64,000 bases of DNA from Bugula neritina (lineage: Eukaryota > Animalia > Bryozoa): NCBI GenBank assembly GCA_964035545.1, contig OZ037765.1:10798698-10862697 (forward strand), given 5' to 3'. This document shows positions 13,501 through 28,000 of this stretch, one piece after another; the stretch's first letter is position 1; the number at the start of each line of letters is the position of its first letter. The notes below the pieces were generated by a model that was not told where the DNA came from, made no database searches, and saw only the letters and a list, made by a program, of their open reading frames with translations. Position numbers and translations under genes: made by a program.

Positions 13501-16500
13501 CATGATGAAGAAGAGAACTGACCAAAATGGAGGAAAGGGCAGTGTTAAAATGGCTGCTGGAAAAATAACAAAGGCAAGTCCTGACCCACTGTTAGACACA
13601 TTCTTCACACTTACCCCCAGCTCGTGGGATAAATGCCCGATGTAGGAGTAGATGACAAATCCAGCAAATATGGATGTTAAACTGTTTCCTGAAATACACG
13701 ATGTCACGAAAATGTAAAGACGGCATACACTATATTATGCAATGCGCAATATTTTATAACGTGGTTCACGTACCAATTGTTACAAGCAAAGTGTCTTTTA
13801 GAATGTTATTATGGAACCTGTTGTAACTAGCTAAAGTCATTAAGCCTCCCCAGCAAATTGAAAGTGAGAAAAATATCTGTGTGCCTGCCTTGCTCCAAAC
13901 CTACCAACGGTAATATAGCATTTGTATAGTTATAGAACTTTCTAGAATTGTACAAATATTTGAAATGAATATGAGACTGTAGTTTGACATTCGATTATTA
14001 CAAATAAAATATGTTTCCACTACACTCTGTATTTTTAGTGCTGAAGCTGTACAGTTGCAAAAAAGTAATGGGTTAAAACGCAAAATACAATATTATATGA
14101 CAATCTATCTATAATGCAGCATAATAACATTATGATATAATTCATCATGTTCTACAACTATGCTTTGCTAAATTTTGGAGTTTAACTTCAAAGCCAAAAC
14201 ATTTAATAAATGACGAGACAGATTTCCATGCTACTAATGCAGCAGTATTTAGACAATTTTTTGGGTTATGCAACATCAAAGAGACAGAAGCCTTGTTAAA
14301 ATGACCTATGTCCTAGTTTATAACAACAGATTCATATGGCACTGTATGTCTTACTAAGCCACTAAGTCTTCTACTTTACATAGTTCTATATGACAACTGC
14401 AGCATATAGTGCACAAGAGTTTGCTTGAGGTGCTGCTTCTCTAGTCAGCTTTTGATAAGTATGAAAAAATTAATAAAATTTCAAAACATCAATTATTTAT
14501 TAAACTTTTACCAAATTTAATAGCTTTACACAGGTCAGCATTGTCAATGACTAAATTTGCTTTCTTACCAAAATATTATCAATTTATGTATTCAGGATTT
14601 TCCATATTTATAAATCTGCATACAGCTGCATAACCCGGAAGCGAATTGTAATCTATCCATATAATTATAATATTAATTACAATGCTGAACTTGTTTTGTT
14701 TTGCACATGTTAATATCGTGTGATGTTTATTAATACACACCTCTGGTTTCCGGAGCATATGCCATTCAGGATTTAGATAGAATCGAATGCCTTCGCCAGC
14801 TCCTTTCAAGGTCAGTCCGTTAATAAGGAGTATAATGAGTACTGCATATGGGAACAAAGCGGTGAAATATACAACCTACAAATTCATCAGATGCAAATTG
14901 TTTATGAATGAATAGAGAACGTTCACTAAAAGAATAAAGTACGTGTGAGAAGGACGCCTCCGACAGGATGAAACTAGCAAAAATTTCACACAATTTGAGC
15001 CGATTTCATTGGGTTAAAATGCTAAAAGAACACTTTAAAAAGTTTCTGCTGTAGTGATGTAATTAGACTATCACAATTTACGTCATTATTCCACTCAGTT
15101 GTGTATCATAGCGAGTAACGAATGAGATTTTAAAATGAAATAATTTATAGTGGGCTGTAAAGCCATTGGCAAACATAATTAGTCACTTGAGTTTTTCTCC
15201 AGTTGACGAGGTATTGTGTGTTGCAAGTAACTTCTGCAGTGAGTTTTCACGCATATGAGTTTCACACTCGAAATTTCACTTAATATGGCCCTAGCCTAAC
15301 ATATGAACATACATTATAATTTACTATATTTTACCTTCCCAGAAGACTTGACACCTTTGAACAAGGACACATAGACGATAGCCCAGGCAGCCAGCAGGCA
15401 TAGCAACAATGGCCAACTTAAGGTTCCCAATTCCTCGATTCCAGAAGACTTGTTCAACACATGCCAGCTAAAGATAATATAACAAGTTGGGTGTTATGTG
15501 TTGTTAGAAATCTCGTAGTCTCTGTGTTGTAACGGTTAGCACGCCTGCTTGCAAGCCAGAGGTATCAAGTTCCCGGTGGAGGGGGGGGGGGGGCAAAAGT
15601 GTTGCAATATGTTAATCACTATATTTGACTTGCATTGAATACGCTTTCTAGCAAATAGAAAAAAAGTATCTTGGTTTTACATTTCACAAAACTTCAATAT
15701 CAAAAAATAGACAGCAAGTAATAATTGACAAATGTATGTATTTCGTTATATGAAGTGCATGCTAGTTGTGTCAATGAGATTTATAACTTGGAAGAGGTTT
15801 GCAATGCGAAGTATAAGTTAAGATATAATTAAGACCAAATAGCAGAGTGTATTATGAAGTGAAAATACTTGATGCATGACATCAAGTATCCAGCTTATTA
15901 ATTTCTATTACTGAGAAATTATCTATAGATTAAGCCATCCTAATTCCGTTTAGTATACCAACTAAGTTTATAGCTCGTTTGAATTCTTAGATTCTATAAT
16001 GAAAGTCAAATTGCAACAATGAAGTTTTGTAACACTCACTGAAAGTATTCTTGAGCAGGTATTACAGGTTTAATTTTAAATTCAGCAGCTATGTTAGCAT
16101 CATAAAGACCTAGAAATTTATTTGTTTGGTTGTGGCCATCATTTAAAATTCTGTAGCAAGTACCGTTGGTGTATTTAGTGTCATTCAGTCCATTACAGTC
16201 AACACTCTTCCAGAAGTGGGAGCACACTAAATTGACAATTGAGACTATTATGATATTCTGGTACTCAACTGATAGAATACTTAATCTGACTCTGCATGAA
16301 GAAGGTATGAAAACTAAAACTGAAAACTTTTAATTTTAGATTATCAAGTTTGATATTAGTAAGGTTACAAGTAACATCTCTTCGTAAGCTATAAAACTTT
16401 AAACATAGTTTTATATTTGTAACTACTCTTTTACAACATGAAAATTATTGCAGAAAATACCATAACAAGCAGTGGCAGAGTGGAAATTTCCCAACAATGT

Positions 16501-18484
16501 TTTGTTGAATGTCATCTTTTGTTTAAAACTGAATAAAAATTTCTATTCAATAATTATTTATATATAATATATTATATAAATGATGTATATAAATCATATT
16601 TGTTTATATCTTTAATATCTATAACACAAACACAACACACACAGCACATACTGCACAGCACACACACAGCAACAAATCATCAGTAATTTAACTCATCTGC
16701 GTCATTAAAATTAAAATACGAATGCTTCTACAGATTTGGTTTTTAAAAGCTTTACATATGTGGAAACTAATATCCCTTGTTGCAATATAACTAACAATGC
16801 AATATCTTACTTGGGGTGTTCCAGGGGTTGTCGCAAGAACCCCAAGGCAACGGGTTTCGGAAGGAAGCAAACAGATAGTAGATGGACCAGGAGATGATGA
16901 CATTGTAGTACATACAGACTAGTGCTGAGACGGTCACCATTCCAAGGCCAATTCCTGTTGTGGCAAAACAAACACACAGCAAATAATATTTCAAATACAC
17001 ACAAAACCAAACGCATTTTTCCCAGAAATATGCATAATATATAAAGTATGTACCAGCAAACAGGGGGCAGAACCTGTAAGCAGTGACTGGTCCACAGCTA
17101 GAATATTGTCCTATAGAAAGTTCCAGGAAAAATATCGGCATTCCAACAAACACAGCCATTATTAGGTAAGGAATAAAGAATGCACCTGCAAATCATCATT
17201 AAATATATATAAAAAAACATTAATTGTTTGAGCCTTCAAATATATTTTTATTATTGCTCACAATATTCTTTCATAAGTATAAAATCATTCAATACTTTTT
17301 AAGTTCACATACGAAAGTTTCTCAATAAAACAATATGCACTATATTGTATTTGTAAAACAATTAAAGTCTTGAATGAATGAATTGTTATATGAATGAGAA
17401 AAAAATTCAAATGAAGTTCGCATGTACAAGTTTAGGTTCAATTGCATATTATATGTTAGATAACATTTTCATGATAGTACATGCTGGAGGTTTTATTATG
17501 ATTGTACACATCATGACCATAATTAGTCAAAAATTTTATTTTTCATGTAAGCTTTCTTATAACCGTACAAATAAATTTCCTGCTTTACCTCCACCATTGC
17601 TGTATGAAAGATGAGGAAATCTCCACACGTTGCCTAATCCAACGGCATATCCAAGACAGGATAGAAGAAAATCAAGCTGACGACTCCAGTTTCCTCTCTC
17701 CTTATTTTCATCTCCATCTATAGTACCTGTTAAACTCTGCAATACACCAGTTTAATGCTATACTATTTTCTAACTGCTATGAACAGGTGCAATAGTATTA
17801 GTTGAAGTAAAAACCTTTACATGTTCTTATTTCTTGTACTTTTAGAAACATGGTATAATTCGAAAATGTAATGTCCAATACAGAACCAACCATATAGTTC
17901 CTTTTTACAAGTTATAACAAACTCAATTTCGTTTATATTAGTTCAACAATGAAGTATAAGAACAAAAATGTTCCAGTTGGCTAATTTTACTACATATATT
18001 GATTGAGCACAACTTTCATGTTTTACTACAGGCAATATTATTATAGTATTACTCAATGTTGCTCTATCGTCAAATATGATACATTTATGCTATACTTTCA
18101 CTGCTTATAGTCTTTCAACTAGAGATAAATGATCATGATGGTAAATATAATGCAGGATCAATAGAAAAGTTATTACTTCTGTTACATGTTCTAACCATAG
18201 CTTTCTCAAACCAATTTTCTAAAACTATTGTTATTCCGTATAGACCATACTGTTTGTGCATCTAGATAGACACTTGAAGCCTCAATTATTACAATTACCA
18301 ATTTCATAAAGGTAAGAAACATTAGATTGGAAATTTAGTGAACTAGCCTTTACAAAGCTTTGTCACCCATCATTACAACAACCATATCCTACTACTAGCT
18401 TGATTAACACATATCACAACATGTCTTTTAATATTCATATTCAAAATGTAAATAGTAGCAACTCACTGGTTCTATCCGCACCAT
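10551..18484 (-). CDS. SLC6 sodium- and chloride-dependent amino-acid transporter (glycine/proline, SLC6A5/7/9-like), ~14 exons
   Basis: Approximate exons: 18467-18484 (MVRIEP, start tentative), 17589-17736 ([43 protein letters not shown]), 17054-17186, 16811-16954, 16039-16226, 15335-15467, 14741-14875, 13774-13900, 13474-13687 ([10 protein letters not shown]...LGLDSQ), 12895-13125, 12298-12398, 11957-12105, 10771-11138, 10551-10622. Classic SNF-family signatures. Confidence 0.92.
13280..13378 (-). mobile_element. tRNA-derived SINE-like repeat, family A
   Basis: Reverse complement TAGCCCCTGTGGTGTAATGTAGCATGCCTGCTTGTAAGCCACAGGTCTCAGGTTCGAATACCAGTG has A/B-box-like motifs; related copies at 15495, 51317 and 57751. 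Confidence 0.7.
15495..15605 (+). mobile_element. tRNA-derived SINE-like repeat, family A
   Basis: TAGTCTCTGTGTTGTAACGGTTAGCACGCCTGCTTGCAAGCCAGAGGTATCAAGTTCCCGGTGGA followed by a G run and CAAAAGT. Confidence 0.65.
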
Positions 18485-20304
18485 AACGCTTTTATTTACT
18501 CCACAATATTAAGAAAAATTGTAAACATATTAATTTGTGTGACTAATATCTTAATAAGCAATTAGGCAACTTGATTGCCAATAAAATTAGTTATTTTTAA
18601 CATATGCTGCATTTGTAATAAATATGCTAACAATGGTCTTTTACTCAACTAAGGAAGTTAGAAGCCAATTTAAAAACATATTTGCAATACTTCTGCAGCT
18701 TACTATAAATATTTATTTTTCTAAGTTTGTCTAAATTAAAGTAATGCAATAGTTTACCTATATAATTATTTTACAAATGGTTTATCAACATTACATTAAT
18801 AAATCTCTATTAGCAATAATTTCAAATAGCAGCATATAAAATATAACAGTTTATATAAATTATTACTGCGCCTCACTGATCTCAAATATATTGCTGTTTA
18901 TGCGTTTAGAAATCTAAAATTTGGATTCTTTATGCATTTAAGGTAACAGTGTCATAACGTTAAGAATTTTGTGTAAATTAGGAATGGCTAAACACATGAT
19001 GAAGCTCTATGAAAAAATTGCTATAATTTACACTATCAGGTGGCCCTTGTAAAAAATTTTTTTATTCACTTATAATTATATAGTAATGTGTTAATGACAA
19101 TATTGCTTGCCTAAATGACTTTACTTTGTAAAAATTACGTTTTTCCAAAATAGTTCAATTTAGAAGGTACTGGAGATCTTATTTATAATTGTAACAGCTA
19201 TTAAATGTTGTCTCATTTATATACTGTTTTTATTTAATAATAACTATTACAAAACATTATTAGACAACAAGTTTGCACAACTCATTACAGAATATTAGCC
19301 AGCTTAAAAATTATAATAAACTTTAAATAATTAAGAGGAATAATACATAAATATATTTTAAAGTTTGGTCAGCCAACAAAATATATATTGTAACAATAGT
19401 TTATGCTAAAAATTGCATGTACTCAGCTATTATTTATTTTTAAATTTGAGTTACAAGATAACAAACACCAAACTAATTGTATACAATATATATAAAATAT
19501 ATATATATAGATTTAGGTACATAAAATTACATAGTTTTTAACAAGACATACTTTATAAAACAACTTGTTATAAGAAAATTGTAATTACTTGTAATTACAG
19601 TTGGATTATTATGCTTGATTTGATAAATATATTATTATTGGTAATATTATATAGAAGGGAATCTTGAAAATAGAAATCACAGATTAGCTTTGAATTATAT
19701 TAAATTAAATCATGAAATGGTAAAATAAACAGCAACATGTATGTATAGAAACATACTCTCTATACTTTGGATAACATTTTAACAACATGAAAAAAGTGTC
19801 ACAGTGCATAAAAACAACAAAAATATTGTGCATGCAGAGAAAAGTGAAACAAAATTCACATGCAAATTCTCAAAATGAAAATTGAAAATTAACATCAACT
19901 TACTATAATAAGACTTTACTATTATATATGAATAGATATTTACTGTTCTCTTTACATAAATTACAGTATAGCATTATATCAATAAAGTCAATTGCATGGT
20001 AGTATGTGACATAATATACAAATGAAAATGTAGTGCTGATACAAATGTTCAATTTATATTGTAGAGGTATACTATCTCTACATGTTTTATGTCTGCTGAG
20101 GTTAGAATGCACGTAACAAAACCTATTTTCATGTACGACAAATATAGCTAAAGCTAAAGCTAAAGGCTGAAGAGAATAGAGAGATAGCAAATCGTGTCTT
20201 GTTATCAGGCACAAGCAAGCAATATTTCACTATTGAAACTTGTTTTCAACTAATGATTGCTCACTTAGGTGTCATTATGCAGTTGTACATTCAGAGGATT
20301 TTAA

Positions 20305-23300
20305 TTAAGCTATGGAGCATTTTTCTTTTCTCTTGCCATCAGCTGTAATTGCTCCACTCATTTGCTTAACGTTCCTCTGATTGCTGCTGTTGATGTCCTT
20401 CATTTCTGTCTTTTGCAGTCTACTGCTATTAGCAGTCTTTTGTGAAGTTAGATGTGCAGACGATAACAGACTTGGCCCTATACTAACTGCCTGTTTTGAT
20501 TCTTCAATCATTCTGGCATTCAAATCAAGGAAGTACCTTTCTGTCAAATATTCAAAAACTACAAAAGAAACAATCATTCTGATAACAAAAAGTAACAATT
20601 ACCAATCAAGAACCTAACGCGCTAACAATGACTTTCTTTGTAAAAGAGTAGCTGCTTAAGCCTACAGTTTTTCTCTTAAAATTATTTTAATTTTAATTGA
20701 AAAATTGTAAATGGTGTAGTGGCTGTGGGAAGTATACCCCCAACCTCTCATGTATTAAATACCTGCAACAGAAGACGTGATATTATATTATATTATAAAA
20801 TTTCCAAGAGACGATAACTCCGTTAGTGATGCCGCAATCCCATGCGGCACCACACTATTCCTTACGGTTGGCACCACCAGAACCCCCATTGGCCAATCAG
20901 GACCAACCCTTCAGATATGAACAGCGCCTTCTGGCGCACAGCCTCAGAGGATAACTGTCATGTAGACTAGGATAATATTGTGTAACTGTTCTATATGTGT
21001 ATTCTTTTGCAATTGCTGATAACTTTACTTGTATAACATAAATATATCTCTTTTGTAAACGCTATCTACTTCGGTTTAAACTCTCTCAAACCTCGTAGAA
21101 AGATATGCAGCAGTAACTCATTTATACAATAATACCCCACTCTAGTAACACACAAAACTACAACAATAGTAAAAAAAATAATAGTTGAATATGAATATTA
21201 TAGTTTCCATACCGTATATAATAAACAAATAAAAACCATGTTGGACAATTTCAATGTTGAAGTTGTGTATGCGGCAGAGTAATGGGAATTGATGTCATAT
21301 TAGGCTAATGTTGACAAATGAAAAAGTATATTGGCAGAAAATACCAGCTAAAACCATCAAAAAATTGTAATTGACTGAAAAAAAACCGATTGTGCTATTG
21401 GGTCTAACTTCTCATTTATTTTACTTAGTTTCATAAAAAAACTATATAAGAGAGCAAATTAAAGATGAGATATTATATACCAGATTGTAGCATAACACGT
21501 ATGGCTAAATATTCCTTATTTACAATTAGAGTAATGCATGTTAGCATTTTTTGTTTTGAATAACTTCAGCTATTCTAACAATAACTTTTGATTATCATAT
21601 GAACAATTGAAATCGTCATATATCAGTAACATTTCATATTTGACGTTACTGCTATTGTAATTTTGTTTGTCAGTTTGATTTCTTTTTGTAATCAAAGTGC
21701 CATACAGCATAATCAACTAGTGCTATTGAATGAAACACGAATGGAGATGAAGAATAGTTGTAAAGTCTCCATTGCTCAAACTCTCACATTGTTAAAATTG
21801 CTCTCATACTTTTGAAGCCTGAATCAACCTCTCATATGTCCAAACAAACTTGAAATACAGCTCATGACGATGATAGAAATAACATCAACCAATCTCAATT
21901 CTCTATAGTCCTAGACTTAATTGTTGATACACTCTTAGAAAATTTTAGTATAAAAACTTGAAGACTAAACTAGGACTTGGTTGTAGCGTAACTTAAAACT
22001 CACTTAGTCTAAAAAATATTTTTCTAGCAATTTGCAATTTTTGTTTAAGCTTTTTTGTGTTATAACAATATTTTAGAGTAACAATATAATACTACAAGCT
22101 TTTAATTTTAGATACCTGTATCAATGTTGAAATTTTCTTTTACTGATGTTTTGTAAAATTTAATGTTCAATTTACTTGCAATACCTTCAACTTCAGTCCT
22201 ACAACAGAAATAAATACAGGTATTACAAGTTAGGATATACCAGTAGCCTACTTTATGAAGAGTCTGACCAAGTTTTATTCATTGCAGGTTTCCTAGAAAT
22301 CTCATTAATATGAAAACTTTATGCTTTATACCTGAAGCACACGTTTTTTGAATTGAAACTATTGAGTTTCCCCACTGGCTCCTCTGTGCAGTATTGGATA
22401 TTACAGCCTATTGTTACAATGTATTGGTAATCAATATATTGCATAATAATGGCCCATCTTTCTTAACACTTGGCAGCACGAATAGTGTAAATTCTTATTT
22501 ATTGGCTACATTATATGTAAAACTGTTTCTACAAGTTGCCTAGCTTTACAAACACTGTGCCAGGAACAGGGATACTGTAACGTGAACTAGCAATATTATA
22601 GTCTTCAATTTACTTATAGATTAGCAAATCTCACTATAACAAGATTGTGTGGATTTTAAATAACCAATGCTTAAGATTTGTTTGCATTTAAAAGCCCTAT
22701 TCATCTCTTAAGAGAGAATGCAAAGTCCTATGCAACCGAAACCTGTCAAAACAAAGCATCAGCAGTTTATGAGCTGCTCACAAAGTATTAAATTCTTGCT
22801 TGTTTTCAAATAGACAGCACTGTGTTAAATGCTGAGATTTCATTTCTTTCCCACTACAATTATTAGCTTTTCATTCATCTCATGTTATTAAATAAACATG
22901 CAGCTATAAGCCCATTTGTCTATATATTGGTACTAGTTAGCACCACTGACAGTAGATTGAGAATGACATACCCTGTAACTTGAGCCTGATCGACTAGATC
23001 TATTTTATTTTGTACTAGCACCATGGGTATTTCACCGACTTCATTTTCCACCTTTCTCTTCCAAATTTCAATGGCCTCAAAAGATTGTCTGTCAGTAGTG
23101 GAGAAGGCCAAAACACATGCCTGTGCACCTAATTGAATACCATGGTAAGATGTGGCAGTTTTAATCCATGATTTGATCTAGCATAAACTCATAATATAAT
23201 AAAACAGCTTAGTAAAGGAATATATAAACTCGAAAATAAACAGTTATGCTGAAAACAGATTTTTATTCGATAATATTACATGATTTCATGTACAACTCTT

Positions 23301-24138
23301 TGACATTAATATGACTAGTTTTTGCACATTTATTGTATTCAAAATAAACCAGTTTTACCCTATTTTATTGGCAGTGATTATTTCATAATGACTGGAATAG
23401 CTCAACAAGCAGGCAAGTTGAATAATTGTATACCTCTATAATATGTTTTTGTAATTGCATCAAATTCTTCCTGCCCTGCTGTATCCCACAGCATCAGTCG
23501 TATTTCTTCCCCATCGAACCTTATTAACAGACATCATCAGTAAGTGGCAGCAATAAGACTTGTAGTAATCAATTATTTATAATGTGAAACATTCCAATGT
23601 GAGAACCCATTAACAATGTCTTTGCACACAACCTGGTGTCAACTGTGAATATTAGGGCTTGCGCAAACATTGGTGCAAGAACAATGTTGACACAATACAA
23701 AGCTATTTCTACAACAGCTATTTGTACATTTTCTATATTATGTAGAATTCTAATAGATCACCTATAAGCAAAACACCTAATTATCTTATAAAACTTGAAT
23801 GCTTCAATACAGGTTATGCCAATAACTGTGCCAAGCTAATGTAATACATGTTCATGTTAAGTATTGCTGCTGAAGGCAAATCATTTTATAATATGAATAT
23901 TTTGCTATTTACAAAAAATTTAACAATTTTTTACACAACCTTTAGACTAAATGTCTAGCAGCAAATATGGAAATTTTGAAACTTACTCCATTTCACGTTC
24001 CAGAAAGTCAACACCTATCGTCTTCTTATAATCCTTAGTGAATATACCTTTGCAATACCTTTGTATCATTGAGGATTTACCTACCGCCCCATTACCAACT
24101 ATCACAACTTTTATAGCTATTTCAAAATCTTCAGACAT
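20305..24138 (-). CDS. RAB23: Ras-related small GTPase Rab-23, 5 coding exons
   Basis: Exons 23987-24138 ([40 protein letters not shown]), 23434-23519 ([22 protein letters not shown]), 22972-23128 (VLVQNKIDL), 22116-22198 ([12 protein letters not shown]), 20305-20558 (...KCSIA*). All phases are compatible, and the motifs are Rab23-specific. Confidence 0.95.
20775..21128. mobile_element. Possible solo LTR or other TE fragment in RAB23 intron 4
   Basis: GC-richer island with CATTGGCCAATCAG (CCAAT), a downstream T-rich/CATAAA segment and a ...TTATACA end; no clear TSD. Confidence 0.3.
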
Positions 24139-25024
24139 TTCTCAACTCAATTGAGTAAAAACATGCAGTTTTATTATTGGTCAACTCTTACTGCTGAAAC
24201 TTTACGATCACATCCATTATTTTTGATATCTTTAAGTTTTGAAATAAATATTCACAAGTAGCATTACCACCTACATTCTTTAGCGCTTCAACTTTCAAGT
24301 CAATTTATTGTCAGATAAACTAGAGTGCCTAATGAGTGTTTGCCATGCAACTATTCTAGTTGTACTGGACATAATGCTAGATAACAACAGCGTTATTTGC
24401 ATACACCTGTCAATATTATATGCAACAATAGGGAATGCATTATATTATTGAGGTTACAGGTTACATTGATAGAAAAGACAACTCTAGTACAACTAGAACT
24501 TCACGCTCATTGAACTATAACTTATAGTTTCAGTTCAGTGTTCACGCTTGATAAATATTCTAATGACTTGAGGCATGTATTGTATTAGTAAATATAATAA
24601 TTGTATTAAATAACAATAATGGCTTAAAAAGTATTCTTATTTAAAATCAAAAGTAGTTTTTTGTTAATTCAAAAACTAAGTTATGGCTAGTAGCGATTGC
24701 TTTAGCACAGTACAGTTAGTCAATAATTAATAATTTATGTTAAAATAATTTCTGTATTCCAACTTTCCATCATACAAAATTAATGAAAATATCAAATCAG
24801 TTGATATGCTAGAAATTATCAACCAGTATCAGTTTCATTTCACCAGTAAACATGTATTGTGTAGTCAAAAGTGATTGCCTGCCCAGACACAAATGACATC
24901 AACTTGGAACAGTGCAAACACCAGTGTAAATGCAGCACTCCTAGTGTTGAGTGCTATGCTGTCTAAAAGCAGTGGTTTAGCACCTAGGCATTAATTGCAG
25001 CCTATTATAGATATTATGGAGTTA

Positions 25025-28000
25025 TCAGTCCATCAGATTGTCGGAGTGAGTGTCTGTTAACACAGGTGGAGGGGCATTTGGCATAACATTGGCACTTCCA
25101 GAGGTGAGGTATCCAGCCACATTCGGAGCTGTAAGCATACAGAGTTGCATGTTATGTAGTCTACAGTTGAAAGATTTGTGTAATTCTTGCTGAAAATCTT
25201 AAAAACAGAACCTTATTGTTGTTGTAAAAACCCAACCTTAGTTGCCATTACTTATATATTAAAATATATCTTCGCTAACAATTTTTTAATGAAATTCTAT
25301 TTGAAAACAGCTCATAGAAAGTGCCTTATTAAGAGTGACAACACAAACTTGTAGATTTTTTGTTGATATACGAAAAGTTTGAGACGATGTTTCTCCTAGT
25401 CATTCATGCATCAAACAACTGTGACAGTTATAGACTGATATAGGAAGTCACATAAAAACCAACTTAAATAATCACTAAATGGAAATAATTAAACTATATT
25501 GAGTAACTACACTAGCAAGTTTATATTGTATTTGAGAGAATAACTCTTAGCATATAATAGGCATATTGCCAATTAATTGTGGGAGTCTTTTTTGGCATTT
25601 CCCACCAGATGTTACTGTAAATTGTACTTGAATTGAGCCATTTGAACAATTTCACTCTTGAAGAACACGAGGTTAGCCTCTCATATCGTCTTCACGGCCA
25701 GTTCCTGGCAACTAAAGGCCAATGCAGCTGACATCTTGTTACTAACTAATTATTGGCCTTTGGTTTGAACCAGTTTAGAACTGCAACCCCTTTCATGGTT
25801 TGAACAATTCTCTATTTGGTTACTTGACCTTTTCGAATGCACAATTTAGATGCAAATTTTTTAATTGTAAGTTTTATCAGACAAGAAACTGAAATCCTTA
25901 CCTCCAGTCAGATAACCAGCTATGGGCGCTGAGGAGATAAACAAATCATGCTTTTGATCCTTATACTCTTTCCATACAGTTGACTTCTCCAAAATCTCAT
26001 TGACTTTCTCGGCATATTCCAAACTATGAGTCATAGCCTTTATTGCTTTTACTATCTGTGCTTTAACAGCGGCTTGGTTCTCAACCCCTTCCAACCGTCC
26101 TAGATACACAGAACCACAGCTAGCAACACAAGATCATTAAATACTATAGAGTAAAGTAGAGCTGGTGCATCAGATACTCACCTTCTAGCAAAGAGAGTAA
26201 ATATGATATTAGGTCATGTTTGAGGGCTTGAGAAACGAGTGCCTCCTCCCCCTTAGAGAATAGATTGTTCATTGTCTCACAGGCTATACCGGCCGTGTCT
26301 GGCCTGGCCTTCATACCAGCCATGATTGGTCCAATACTTTCCTGGGCAGCTAGACTTCTCACACACGTCTATTGAAACAACAAGAGAGTACAGAGTACTT
26401 CAGCGTCATACAATGAAGATTCACTTTTCAAACATACCAACCATATTATGCTAGACTATATAAAAAAAACAAGGCATAAAATAAAATCTCTACGATTTTG
26501 TTGTAATTCATGACAGACTGATTTTAATGTGGTATCTTTTAACACATAAATTATTCACGTAAAAGTGAAAGGTTACAAAGCAAAATATACTTTTAAAAAG
26601 CCCTGTCGTACCTGGGAGTTAGACAGCTGGTGCATGATCTGTATAGCATGCTTAGGAAACGCATCGTTGCGTGCCGTCATAGCCTGAAGTATTCTAGGCA
26701 GGTGACCAAGCTGTGGAACTGAGTCTAACATGACAGGCTGAGACTTGAATAGAAATACTAATGCAGTGGTCACCATCTCCAGTTGCTCCCCCTATCATCA
26801 AGACAGTAGTTGTGAAGTTGCATTATTATAATGTATTTGATTTAAAAAACTTTTTACGATTTCATAATGACTATGGATGAGGAAGACATAGCTTATGTGG
26901 GTATTGAACTCTTACTAAAGACAAGTTGTTGTCTTTATCTGCTCAGCTCAAATAAGAAACTCAAATATTCTAACACCCAATCTAAATAGATATCCTAGAA
27001 ATCTTAACTTGACGATCACTACGTTCCCAGGCTTTGAATGGATGCATACGGAATGCTCGTACAAATGAATTTTGGGTTGCGTTAACCTTTGACATTGTCC
27101 CCATGCATCTAATGAAAAATCCATTCGCATAATGTGAAGTATGGGAACGTAGTAACTAACACAGCTTCACACTAATATAAGCCTATAATGACCTTGACAT
27201 TGAACTGATATTTGAATGAAGCTGTGAGAGAACAGTCTTTGGGAACAAGAAAATGCCAGCCATCAGGCTAGTGCAATACAGCATTCTTGTCATTCAGACA
27301 CAGCAATGTAAAACATGAGAGGGAAATGCTGCATCGTGATTGGCTGAATGCTAAACTAGTCTCAGTAAACTATATTATAAAGCATGTAGATGTTTTTTAC
27401 AATTGATAAGTTGGGGAATATGGAATAAGTAAAAAACATTATCCACTTGGTAATACACAGGTATCAAAAATTTTAATGTATCGTTACAGAGTTAGACATG
27501 AATTTAAACTGCAGAGTCATAACATCCCGCCAAATAGAATTCAACCAGCATGACGTATGCAATAAATCACCTCATCATCCTATGCAATACAACTGACAGT
27601 CATTTATGAGAACTGAAACTTACATTGGGAGAATTAGTAGAAGTCATGGCGCACCATTTCTCTAACAACTCAGTAAGGAATTCCTTAGGTTTGCGTAGTA
27701 CCCAGCCGGGGTTGGCTATAAACAGTCGGAGGAAAACGCCGCCAACCACAATCTCTCCTGCTGCCTCAGCAAACACCACAGCAAAGTCTTCAGGCAGACT
27801 AAACCGGTGGTTGGGGTTAACTTTCTGCTCAGCATGAAACCTGAGAAGTAAATACTATTCTTTAAAAGTCAAATTTCCGAAATTCTTAGATTTCAAGTTT
27901 CAAAAATTGATTGAGAAGTTTTTTTCCAGTAATGACACAAATGAGATCTGCTCAAACAAATTTTCAAGTTAGTAAAAAACACATTTAAAGGAAGAGAAAA

